Source of the DNA: Perkinsela sp. CCAP 1560/9
Taxonomy: Eukaryota; Protista; Euglenozoa: Kinetoplastea
Direction: 5' to 3'
Assembly: GCA_965644495.1 (NCBI GenBank)
Contig: CBFFSA010000006.1
Location: 558,001-622,000, forward strand
Length of the DNA stretch: 64,000 bases
The number at the start of each line of letters is the position of its first letter. The first letter of the stretch is position 1. The position numbers were made by a program, and so were the translations under genes. Shown here piece by piece: positions 42,123-50,830 of the stretch. The notes under the pieces were generated by a model. The model made no database searches. It saw only the letters and a program-made list of their open reading frames with translations, and was not told the origin of the DNA.

Positions 42123-43610
42123 ATGCACTGTCCTCTACACCGTTCCTATGGTAGGAACTTCTTTAGGCCGCGTGCTTACAGTCTCAGCATGAATCGCGTT
42201 CCGATTTATGGAAACTTTACCTTTTTCCGTTCATATTCGGAGGCGATGATGCTCTCTCAAAGTAATATCGAAAGGCCGCGCTACGATAATAAAGGCAGAC
42301 AACATGGACTTGATCGAGTATATAAACTTGGAGACTTAGAACCAGGAGACTGGATTTGTGTTGATTGTAAAACTATAAATTACCGTCGTCGAATCGATTG
42401 TCGCCGCTGCGGTAAATTGAATTCCTCAAAAGCATCGCATCCCATGGAAAATGCTGAGGATAAGATGCGAACTTGGGAATGCAAAAGATGTGGCTTACAC
42501 AATGAGATAGGATACGCAAAGTGCCGGCACTGTAACTCTAATTCGCCTCCTGGATTACTTTCCCCACGTGACGGTGACTGGATCTGCTCTTCCTGTTTCT
42601 TTTTCAACTTCGCCAAAGAAGAGAAATGCCAAAAATGTCATAAGGCACTTTCCGACGAAAAACGCATTTCTGTACAAGGGCCGAAACGTACACAAGTGTG
42701 TTCCTGGCGTTGTGTATGTCGACATCGAAATTTACACGGTTGCATGAAGTGCACTAAGTGTTTACTTGATATTCCGGCCGAAATCTCTGCTTTGATTAAG
42801 TGCACGCCACATTCCTTTACTTGTCACACGTGTCACATGTTAAATTTTATTCCACACCTAGTATGTTCCTTTTGCGGAACAACGCGAGCCGACAAAACGC
42901 CACCCTACGAAGTTCCTGGGTGCTGGAAATGCTCGCTGTGTAGCATGTGGTCCGCTCCTTTTAGGCCGAACTGTACACGATGCAACCGTCTTCGAGACCT
43001 TACATGCTTGGTGACTCCCTCTCAAAATTTAGCAAAATCGCCTCTTTTAGCAGGCAGACCGGGAGACTGGATGTGTCACTGTCGCAGATGTAATTTTTCC
43101 ACCATGCAGCATTGTCCACGGTGTCAAACGCCGAAGTCGGATGTCAGAAACAAACCCTTTGCTCCATCCGGTAATCATTGCCTAGTTAGTGACGAGACGT
43201 TTGCAATTGTGATGTATACCCAATTTTTGTTACCGCAGGGCTTTTGGTCTTGTCATTCCTGTGGGTGCGTCAATGCCATCTGGGTCAGCAAATGCTTGAA
43301 ATGCAATGAACCTTACTCGAATAACTCTCTCGCCACGGATGCCTCGTGTCATTGGACACTTCGCGAGTGCAGGCAAAAGAAAACTCCTGAAGAAGTTTAT
43401 AGTGGCATGAAAACATGGCAATGCAAATTTTGTGAAATTGAAAACAGTATTTTTCATGCTTTTTGTGTTAAATGCAGATCATTTAAAGTTCAGACTGATT
43501 TGTCGCTCCCTAGAGGCTATAAATATTGCACTTATTGTTCTCACATCAACTCACGCGCTAGAGGAAAATGCTTCAGATGTCCTGGTCTTTTAGAGTCTTC
43601 AAAGTCTTAA
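42123..43610 (+). CDS. Multi RanBP2-type zinc-finger protein (10 fingers), paralogue of 31353-32828
   Basis: Ten RanBP2-like units; shared terminal K[HY]C..CSH[VI]N.RAR.KC.RC.GL.E; presequence-like N-terminus. Confidence 0.88.
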   Translation: MHCPLHRSYGRNFFRPRAYSLSMNRVPIYGNFTFFRSYSEAMMLSQSNIERPRYDNKGRQHGLDRVYKLGDLEPGDWICVDCKTINYRRRIDCRRCGKLNSSKASHPMENAEDKMRTWECKRCGLHNEIGYAKCRHCNSNSPPGLLSPRDGDWICSSCFFFNFAKEEKCQKCHKALSDEKRISVQGPKRTQVCSWRCVCRHRNLHGCMKCTKCLLDIPAEISALIKCTPHSFTCHTCHMLNFIPHLVCSFCGTTRADKTPPYEVPGCWKCSLCSMWSAPFRPNCTRCNRLRDLTCLVTPSQNLAKSPLLAGRPGDWMCHCRRCNFSTMQHCPRCQTPKSDVRNKPFAPSGNHCLVSDETFAIVMYTQFLLPQGFWSCHSCGCVNAIWVSKCLKCNEPYSNNSLATDASCHWTLRECRQKKTPEEVYSGMKTWQCKFCEIENSIFHAFCVKCRSFKVQTDLSLPRGYKYCTYCSHINSRARGKCFRCPGLLESSKS

Positions 43611-43740
43611 AATTCTTATTACGTAAGTACCGGGTACTACCCTCATTCGTACACTTGGTTACATGCCGTGTCTTGGGAAAGGAACGGTCTGCACAGGGTA
43701 TCTTTTTCTGGAAAAGGTCATAATATTCATCAATATTAAG

Positions 43741-43825
43741 ACGGAAATTAAGAAAACTTTAATTAAGGAAATAATTTCGTGTCACAAAGAAATCTTTCTT
43801 AATTAAAATCTTCCTTAATTTCCGT
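43741..43825. repeat. Imperfect ~37-bp inverted repeat (AT-rich hairpin)
   Basis: ACGGAAATTAAGAAAACTTTAATTAAGGAAATAATTTC ... GAAATCTTTCTTAATTAAAATCTTCCTTAATTTCCGT. Confidence 0.8.
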
Positions 43826-44677
43826 TTCTACGGTTTTTTGAACTTATAATTATAATTATAATCACTTATGGATGTGAAACTGGTGAACCTGGAGGGGAGT
43901 AAAAGTTGTTATCTTAGCCACTTGCTATCACAAGTTCACATATAAGCGCTTCAAATAGATAATCGTTCTAATCCTATGTCAGTAAGGTTATCAAGCTCAT
44001 GAGGCATGGATGTTCTAGTGATTCTTCGGAACGTATATTGCCGATCACTTTGCCAAAGTGAGTTTCTAGAGCGCCTATAATTGTTTGACGTAGAACGCAC
44101 TCGTGCTCAAAAACGAGTTCATTGAACTTAAGAGTTTCATCCAGAGCGTGCTCTCGGTCACTTTCACTCATTTCGAAAATGGAGCGAAACCAGAGAACTT
44201 TTCTTTCAATCCACCTTTTTTATGGTCTAAAAACAACCTAAGTAAAGTCCACTACAGTAGAAAAGTGGCCGTTGTGGCTTGCACAAGTTGTCACTGGCTT
44301 GCAGTGGCAGTACGCATGAGGTCCATTAAGGAAAGTAGTGACAGAATTCTAGTGACAGGGTACTAGAAAATTAATAGAAATCACAAAAAAGAGGAATCGA
44401 AAAAATGAGGTTGACCCATATTCATATTTGGGGATATCTGAATTTGTTTTCCTAAAACAAAAAAAATATCGATCGAATCGGTCGAAGTTGCATTTATAAT
44501 TACTTATGAAAGACATAGGAATTATAAGTCATAAGAGAGTAAAAGTGTGAGTTCAAGGCGTATTTATAATTACTTATGGAGGGGGGAGTAGTATAGTATC
44601 ATAACATAATATATGTTTTTATGAAGAACTGCCCTTTGTGTTGGCTCGGATAAGGCTAATATTGCAACGGATATCTT

Positions 44678-46405
44678 ATGATAGAATCGCTGCAAGATCA
44701 CAGTGACAAGTGGAATCGGCCGCACTGGGGTAGCCTTTTGATGTATGTCATGGCCAGTATGGCTGCTGGAGGAGCCTATGCAACAATAATACGATTTCCG
44801 GCCCTAGCCTACCTGCACCACGGCATGCCTTTCTTTACAGCTTACAAAATTTGCCTTACGTGTTTGTGTTTTCCCATGATGATCCTTGAGGTGGGAATTG
44901 GTCAAGTGCAGCAAACCGGGTGCGTTGACGCACTCTCAGAAATTCATCCTCGTCTGTACGGAGCGGCGTTAGCATACGTGCTCGTCGGTAGTATATTCAG
45001 TACTGCTTATGCAGCTGTTGTTTTCTCGTGGAGCGAAATTTACATTTGGGAGGGCGCTTTTACGGCTAAAGAAAATCTTTTTAGCAACGTGCAACAAGCC
45101 GTGCATTTTTTTGAATCGTACGTGATGAAAGTGGACGCCCGTGCTACCGTGGTAGACGGATGGCATTTTCAATGGCACGTCTTGGTTGCCATATTTTTTC
45201 TATACTCTCTCGCAGCATGGGGGGTAGGAACCGGTATCGCCACCTGGCCGCGCACTCTCTTTATCAGCTTTCTCGTACCGTGTCTAGTTGTGCTCGCACT
45301 TCTTGGGGTGGTCCTTGCGGATCCTGGTTACCACCCCGGGCTTCGAGCCTTCTTTGTCATGGAGCCCAGTGTTATGTATAGCACGCAACTCTGGAGCGAC
45401 GCATTTAGCCAAGCGCTACTAAGTCTTGCATTGGGTAGAGGAATTATGTTAACATATGGTTCCTTTCACAAGCCAAGTCACAACAATCTTAAGTACTGTA
45501 CCTGGACAGTTCTATTGCAAAGCCTGCTTAGTTTTGCCGTTGGTCTTTGTACATTCGGTGTTCTCGGCACCATACCACCCGATACGTTGTTGACTGCTCC
45601 CTATCATGACCTCTATATTGCGTTTATTGTGTACCCTGTCCTGTGTGCTTCTCTTCCGCTCGGGGGTGTACTGCTTTCCGTATTTTTTCTTCTCCTGTTT
45701 TTCCTGGGAGTTGCCGCGCTTACTCCCGCCTTGCATACAATACAATCCCTCTTGCAGGCAAAATTTACTCACACCCATCCAGCTTTACTTTTGTCTCTCA
45801 TCTGTGTTCTTTGTGTTTCGATCAGCACGGTCTTTTGCTTTCCGTATTTGGGATATCGCCTACTCTTGTCGTTGGATATGCATCTCGTTGATTTCTGTTT
45901 GCCTTTTCATGCCCTTTCACTTAGCATCGGGGCGGGCTACATGTGGAGCTCGCACAGTATGGCACGAGAGGTACGCGAGCTGGGGCACAACGGTGTTCGA
46001 CGATTCCTTGATTACATTCCTGTGGGAGTGCAACATAGCATAGGGAATCTTCGCGAGGCATTAAGAAAAGTTGGAAAGAGGAACGTCGATGGCTTTCTGT
46101 TCCCTTTACTCATTAAAATGGTTCTTCCGGTGGTGTGTGCCTTAGCCATCACGGTCACGATTCGCACGGCGTGTAAAATATACCTCTGCGGTTCTCCGCA
46201 GTACTCTACTTCCACATATTTCATTGGCATCGGGATTTCGGGAATTACTGTTCTTCTCACTCTCGGAGGGTTAGTGTTCGGTGGGAACAGAGAAAAATTT
46301 CCATTGCCTTGGTCAGACGAACTGCGATGGGAGTCACTTGTTCACCACAAACGATTGCTTCCGTTTTCTTCTTTTGAAGCGGACACTTCGCAAGATTTAA
46401 TTTGA
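44678..46405 (+). CDS. Neurotransmitter:sodium symporter (NSS/SLC6) family transporter, divergent
   Basis: W.S...Y......G......RFP..Y..G..F..Y, P.MILE.GIGQ and W.DA.SQ...SL.LG.G....YGS motifs; about 12 TM segments. Confidence 0.85.
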   Translation: MIESLQDHSDKWNRPHWGSLLMYVMASMAAGGAYATIIRFPALAYLHHGMPFFTAYKICLTCLCFPMMILEVGIGQVQQTGCVDALSEIHPRLYGAALAYVLVGSIFSTAYAAVVFSWSEIYIWEGAFTAKENLFSNVQQAVHFFESYVMKVDARATVVDGWHFQWHVLVAIFFLYSLAAWGVGTGIATWPRTLFISFLVPCLVVLALLGVVLADPGYHPGLRAFFVMEPSVMYSTQLWSDAFSQALLSLALGRGIMLTYGSFHKPSHNNLKYCTWTVLLQSLLSFAVGLCTFGVLGTIPPDTLLTAPYHDLYIAFIVYPVLCASLPLGGVLLSVFFLLLFFLGVAALTPALHTIQSLLQAKFTHTHPALLLSLICVLCVSISTVFCFPYLGYRLLLSLDMHLVDFCLPFHALSLSIGAGYMWSSHSMAREVRELGHNGVRRFLDYIPVGVQHSIGNLREALRKVGKRNVDGFLFPLLIKMVLPVVCALAITVTIRTACKIYLCGSPQYSTSTYFIGIGISGITVLLTLGGLVFGGNREKFPLPWSDELRWESLVHHKRLLPFSSFEADTSQDLI

Positions 46406-46564
46406 TTCAAATGTACACTCACAGTGAGTGTAGTGAGTCACTACATACGAATAAAACAACAAACTTTCGAATTATACGAGCCTTAGAATCCATCTTTGGG
46501 GTGCATTTATTTTTTGGTCAACATTCCTCTTATTTCTTATCTCACATATTGACTTGATATACAC

Positions 46565-47296
46565 ATGCGCAGTAAACCAGAGGCAGCGCGAGACCACAAA
46601 AGAAAGCGATCACAGTTGCCGCCGAAGAATGCTTCCCCTGAGATACAAAGTAGAAAGGTCTCGACGCAGCCTCAACCGGCTCAAGCGCATGGAACATCGA
46701 ACAGCTCTGCTAACCTCCTGGAGACCAATTCCACTCACACGCGTCTCTCTATTCCTAATCCCCCTTTGACGTTGCCTTCCACACTTCAGACTCCACAAGG
46801 CCAAGTATTGCGACGTCCGCAAACTTATCTTGGTCAGCATCCTGGAGTCATTCGTCAAACGTTCTCCTTGGGTGCGACATCAAAGCGAGCCTCAGAACGT
46901 TCTCCCTCTCCGCTTGTTCCGACCCCGAGAAGTTCTCATCGATTTGACCCCAAAGGGTCTGCGATTTCGCGTCCTCCGTTTCCCACTCAAGTCTCGCGTC
47001 GGCAACCGATACTTCCGTTGGATTCGCTTGATGCTCAAATGGTTCGCACCGGGCCTCACCCTACCGTATACCGTCACGTGATCGCCGGAGCCGACCCACA
47101 GCAACTTGAACTGGACAGCACCAGCGCAACCCCCAGTTCTGGAATCCGAAATGTTCTCGGGAATGGACCCTTCTTTCCTAAATGCTCCCAAATAGATCCC
47201 GTACTCGAGGAACGGGGAAAACAGTGGACGAATGAAGTCGCAAACTTTTTTTCCGAAATTGATAAGCGTTCGTTAAATGTTTGTATATCCGAATAA
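46565..47296 (+). CDS. Disordered basic protein with a Sororin-like C-terminal motif
   Basis: Low-complexity S/P/R body, NLS-like HKRKR, ends W.NEVANFFSEIDKRSL.V. Confidence 0.6.
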   Translation: MRSKPEAARDHKRKRSQLPPKNASPEIQSRKVSTQPQPAQAHGTSNSSANLLETNSTHTRLSIPNPPLTLPSTLQTPQGQVLRRPQTYLGQHPGVIRQTFSLGATSKRASERSPSPLVPTPRSSHRFDPKGSAISRPPFPTQVSRRQPILPLDSLDAQMVRTGPHPTVYRHVIAGADPQQLELDSTSATPSSGIRNVLGNGPFFPKCSQIDPVLEERGKQWTNEVANFFSEIDKRSLNVCISE

Positions 47297-47649
47297 TGGG
47301 GAATAGGGCTTCTTTGGCAAACAATTGATCGTGCCTATAAATATGAAGGTGCACTATGTGTCGCACAGTGACTAGGGTGTCTCATGACTACACGTTGGGT
47401 AGGCTATCGTTTTGTCAATTAGTCGATTTCTTGGTGAGATGTGTGCAAAGTAAAATTTTAGGCTGGCATTCCGAAGTTGTAGATGAAACCGAAAGCCTAC
47501 ATTGGTTACAACGAAAGACATGTGCAAAGTTACATGATAAGAGACATTCACCTCATTCTCTAGTAATTAGTAAGTTTTAGTCTGTCTCTGAATAGTCTAG
47601 TCTATTCTCTGAATAAATTTTGTTCTCCACATTCGGACAGTGATTTCTC

Positions 47650-47732
47650 AGCATAAAGAGCATTGAGTTATCTACACGGACAATACTACTAGAGCATAAA
47701 GAGCAATGAGTTATCTACACGGACAATACTAC
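47650..47732. repeat. Tandem duplication, period 43 bp, 2 copies
   Basis: AGCATAAAGAGCA[T/A]TGAGTTATCTACACGGACAATACTAC at 47650 and 47693. Confidence 0.9.
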
Positions 47733-47843
47733 ACTCACATTGTATCAAACTAGTGGGAGCGTGAAGTATTTTATACTTCTCTTTTTTCAAATAGGGAATT
47801 AACTTCGAATATTTCTAATAATTTTTGCCTTTGGTCTGGTTTT

Positions 47844-48329
47844 ATGCCCTGGTTTTTAAGTTGGCGACGTATCGCATGTAGCGCCATGAGCGCGGGCCTT
47901 GCCGGCACTCAGTTGTATTGGATAGCAGCCTCTGAACTTCGGTTTCGCGACTCTCACACGTGGAAAAGCACTAAGGGTACTATAACGCGCAACTATTATG
48001 CCCCAGAAATGCTTGGTGCGACAAATTTGGAATATACTTTTGTCGTAGATGGAAAAGAATACCAAGGGAAACGATTAAGGAGTGGATCGATCTGGAATGA
48101 GGAAAGCCTTCAGCAACCACAATTCTTTCGCGAAGGATCTCCGACTGTTGTCTACTACGATCCGCATGATCCTACACAGAGTGCAATATCTTTAGCCCCG
48201 GATCGAGGTACACAATTTTTACTAGTCATAAACGTTCTGTGCGGTCTAACATTTGCTTATCGCGCTGTCCGATGTCCTGGGATCCTTCCTGGAACAACGC
48301 ATTACGCATGGAAACGAAACAAAGTTTGA
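47844..48329 (+). CDS. DUF3592-like membrane protein
   Basis: TM - W..T.G.I....Y.F.VDGKEY.G.R....G..V.YYDP.DP..S - TM architecture. Confidence 0.75.
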   Translation: MPWFLSWRRIACSAMSAGLAGTQLYWIAASELRFRDSHTWKSTKGTITRNYYAPEMLGATNLEYTFVVDGKEYQGKRLRSGSIWNEESLQQPQFFREGSPTVVYYDPHDPTQSAISLAPDRGTQFLLVINVLCGLTFAYRAVRCPGILPGTTHYAWKRNKV

Positions 48330-48477
48330 CTTCCAGCTTTAATAGCTCAATAATTGTGGTTGGAAACTATTCGAAGTTGGACTCTTAAACGTAGTTCTTG
48401 TCATAATTTTATTTAATGGCTTTAACCGTCTCATTTAATTCCAGTTATACATTATTTTGAAGTATTAGTTACTCTTC

Positions 48478-48819
48478 ATGTCAAAGCATCACTCAGACAC
48501 ACTGTTGTGTCGGAAAAGAGTGGGCACAGCTCTTGGCAAAGTATGTTCCCGATGTGAAGGTAGATGTCCAATTTGTGACGCTCACTGCCGTTCAGAAACA
48601 GCTGTTCAAATATGCGACGAGTGTAATTTTCTAATGGGAATCCAAGAACCAAAATGCATCATATGCAATGCTAAAGGGGCTAGAGCGCAGGCGTATTACT
48701 GCCATGAGTGTACCATGCAAGGACTGGATAGAAATGGGTGTCCTCAGGTAGTTTCACTTGGTTCTGCTCGTCTAGATGCAATTTTTGAGAAGTCTCGAAA
48801 AGATCGCGAAAATAGATAA
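48478..48819 (+). CDS. PHF5A: PHD finger-like splicing factor PHF5A/Rds3 (SF3b)
   Basis: MSKHH.D...CRK..G...G..C..C.G.CPICD, ICDECN, AYYC.EC....DR.GCP..V.LGS.R.D. Confidence 0.95.
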   Translation: MSKHHSDTLLCRKRVGTALGKVCSRCEGRCPICDAHCRSETAVQICDECNFLMGIQEPKCIICNAKGARAQAYYCHECTMQGLDRNGCPQVVSLGSARLDAIFEKSRKDRENR

Positions 48820-49108
48820 AGAAGTCCACCTAATTTTCTAGCCTCTATTGTGACACTTTTGGAAACTCTTCACAATGAATCATACTTCACTATCACATGC
48901 TTCCTATCGCTCGATGGTGCTCCACAATGCTTGATTTCTCAACAAATCCTTCGGAGAGAACAGGCCGTTCTAATTTTTTTTATTTCTCAATAAAATCATA
49001 ACAAAAACATAGGTTATAATCGGTCATTCATTATTAAATTTATTAATGTGTGGCTTACGCCATTCTTAAACTGTTGCCATCTACTTCCGTTTTTCATTCA
49101 GACGCCCC

Positions 49109-50566
49109 ATGCTACGACACTTTTCCACAAACCGCCTCTCCTTTGAGGACTTAAACGACACTACGGAGGATTTCCTCCACGAACGCATCGCTCGCCGACC
49201 CTGTGTACTTGGACCCGGAACCGAATTCTTTCTCGATGGCAAACCCATCGAACCCATGCTCAGCTCCGCAACCATCACCAAAGCCTTCAGTGGGAGTCAC
49301 CTCGATTTAAGCGCCTTCAGTCCCGACCTCACCGACGACACCCTCGGCACCCCCGCCACCCCCCCACTCGGGTCACCCCCTTCCCTCACCCCTCTACGTC
49401 AAAACGACCCCTTCCGTTACCCCCACCCCCCCGACCCCCCCTCCCGTACCCCCGAAAAGCCCCACACCACCGCCGTCCTTGGGGCCCAAAACTACCTCGC
49501 GGGGTACACCATCCACGCCCTCCTCGAGCGCGGCCATGAGGTCCGGGTCATCGTCCCCGACCCCCCGACCCTCCGACGGCTGCGCCCCCTGCAGCAACGC
49601 GCCCGGGACGCCCACCGCCTCTCCCTCCACCTCCTCCCCGCCCCGGGCCCCGATGCGTCCTACGACGAGATCCTCTACGGGGTCGACACCGTGTTCGTTG
49701 TCCAGCACGCCGGGGCCGCCCACCTCCCCTCCCCCGGGGCCCTCGAGGCGTTCACCCGGGTCGTCGGGTCCCTCCGGCGGTGCAGGGAGCCCTCCCAGAG
49801 GGACCCGCGGCGCGTGGTGCTGACCGGGCCCTCGGTGAGTGCCGCGGGGGGGCGTCCGGGGACCGGGGAGGGGGGTGGGGGGGAGGGGGGTGGGGGTCAA
49901 ACGGTGTGGGAACCGTTCGAGGAGGTCGCGGCGGAGGCCCGGGTGGAGTGGGTGAGACTACAGCCCGGGTTGGTGATTGGACCGGTGGGGTGGGGGGATG
50001 TGGCGGATGCGACGAGGGTGGTGGAGGATTTGGTGATGGGTTCGGGGGGGTTTCCGTTTGCCCCGCGGACGGTGTGGAATTTTGTGGATGTGCGGGATTT
50101 GGCCGCGGCGAATGTTGCGGCGATGGAGAGTGCGCGGGTGGTACCGTACGCTTCGGTGGTGGGGGCGACGTTGACGTTGCCCCAGATTGGGCGATTTCTT
50201 ATTCAGCTCTACCCCTCGTTGCGCCCCCCTACCAGGGATGCGCCTCATTGGCTTACGATTGTGCTCACGCTGTGGCGTCACCCCCGGACGAACCTGCGAC
50301 GGTTGTGGCACAGTCTCGACAATCACCCCTCTGGTCTCGAGGAATCGGAGCAAAAAGATCTTTGTGTGCGCTATACCCCTTGGCAGCGTACAGTGGAGGA
50401 TATTGTAGATCAGTTGGTAGCGGAGGAGCTGCTGGTAGTTTCGCCGGAATCCACGAGTTCGTGGAGTTTTGCGTCGTATGGTGCCGGCATCGCAGCCATT
50501 CTTGGAGTGTTGTGCGGTGGTTGGAAGTTTTTAAACTGGCGCAGAAAATATGTGAAATCTGATTAA
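49109..50566 (+). CDS. Extended SDR / NAD-dependent epimerase-dehydratase-like protein (CCR/DFR-like), degenerate, with a C-terminal TM anchor
   Basis: VLGA..YLA.....LLERG..VR, G.D.VF, RRVVLT.S, RLQPGLVIGP, FVDVRDLA.A.V.AME; no YxxxK motif. Confidence 0.8.
   Translation: MLRHFSTNRLSFEDLNDTTEDFLHERIARRPCVLGPGTEFFLDGKPIEPMLSSATITKAFSGSHLDLSAFSPDLTDDTLGTPATPPLGSPPSLTPLRQNDPFRYPHPPDPPSRTPEKPHTTAVLGAQNYLAGYTIHALLERGHEVRVIVPDPPTLRRLRPLQQRARDAHRLSLHLLPAPGPDASYDEILYGVDTVFVVQHAGAAHLPSPGALEAFTRVVGSLRRCREPSQRDPRRVVLTGPSVSAAGGRPGTGEGGGGEGGGGQTVWEPFEEVAAEARVEWVRLQPGLVIGPVGWGDVADATRVVEDLVMGSGGFPFAPRTVWNFVDVRDLAAANVAAMESARVVPYASVVGATLTLPQIGRFLIQLYPSLRPPTRDAPHWLTIVLTLWRHPRTNLRRLWHSLDNHPSGLEESEQKDLCVRYTPWQRTVEDIVDQLVAEELLVVSPESTSSWSFASYGAGIAAILGVLCGGWKFLNWRRKYVKSD
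49320..50170. other. GC-rich island with a C-rich to G-rich skew switch at ~49750-49800
   Basis: C-run-dominated 49320-49750; G-run-dominated 49800-50170. Confidence 0.9.
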
Positions 50567-50830
50567 TTTTATGACGGTGAGGTGGTCTACGGAGAGACGT
50601 TTATGTGTTACGCAATGATCTATCCTTGAATGAAAACTTAAATAATATTCAAGATATCGTTTTCCCTTCTTTTAGAATAAGATGCAAATGCTTCATTTTT
50701 TTTACAGACTATTTTTTTAGTAGGCATCATTATGGCTACAGTTTTAAATATTGCGGACTAACTATATTTTACACTACGGAGACAGCCCCTGGTTGGAAGT
50801 TTAGTTTCTTTTCCTCGTACTTTTTCTTTC

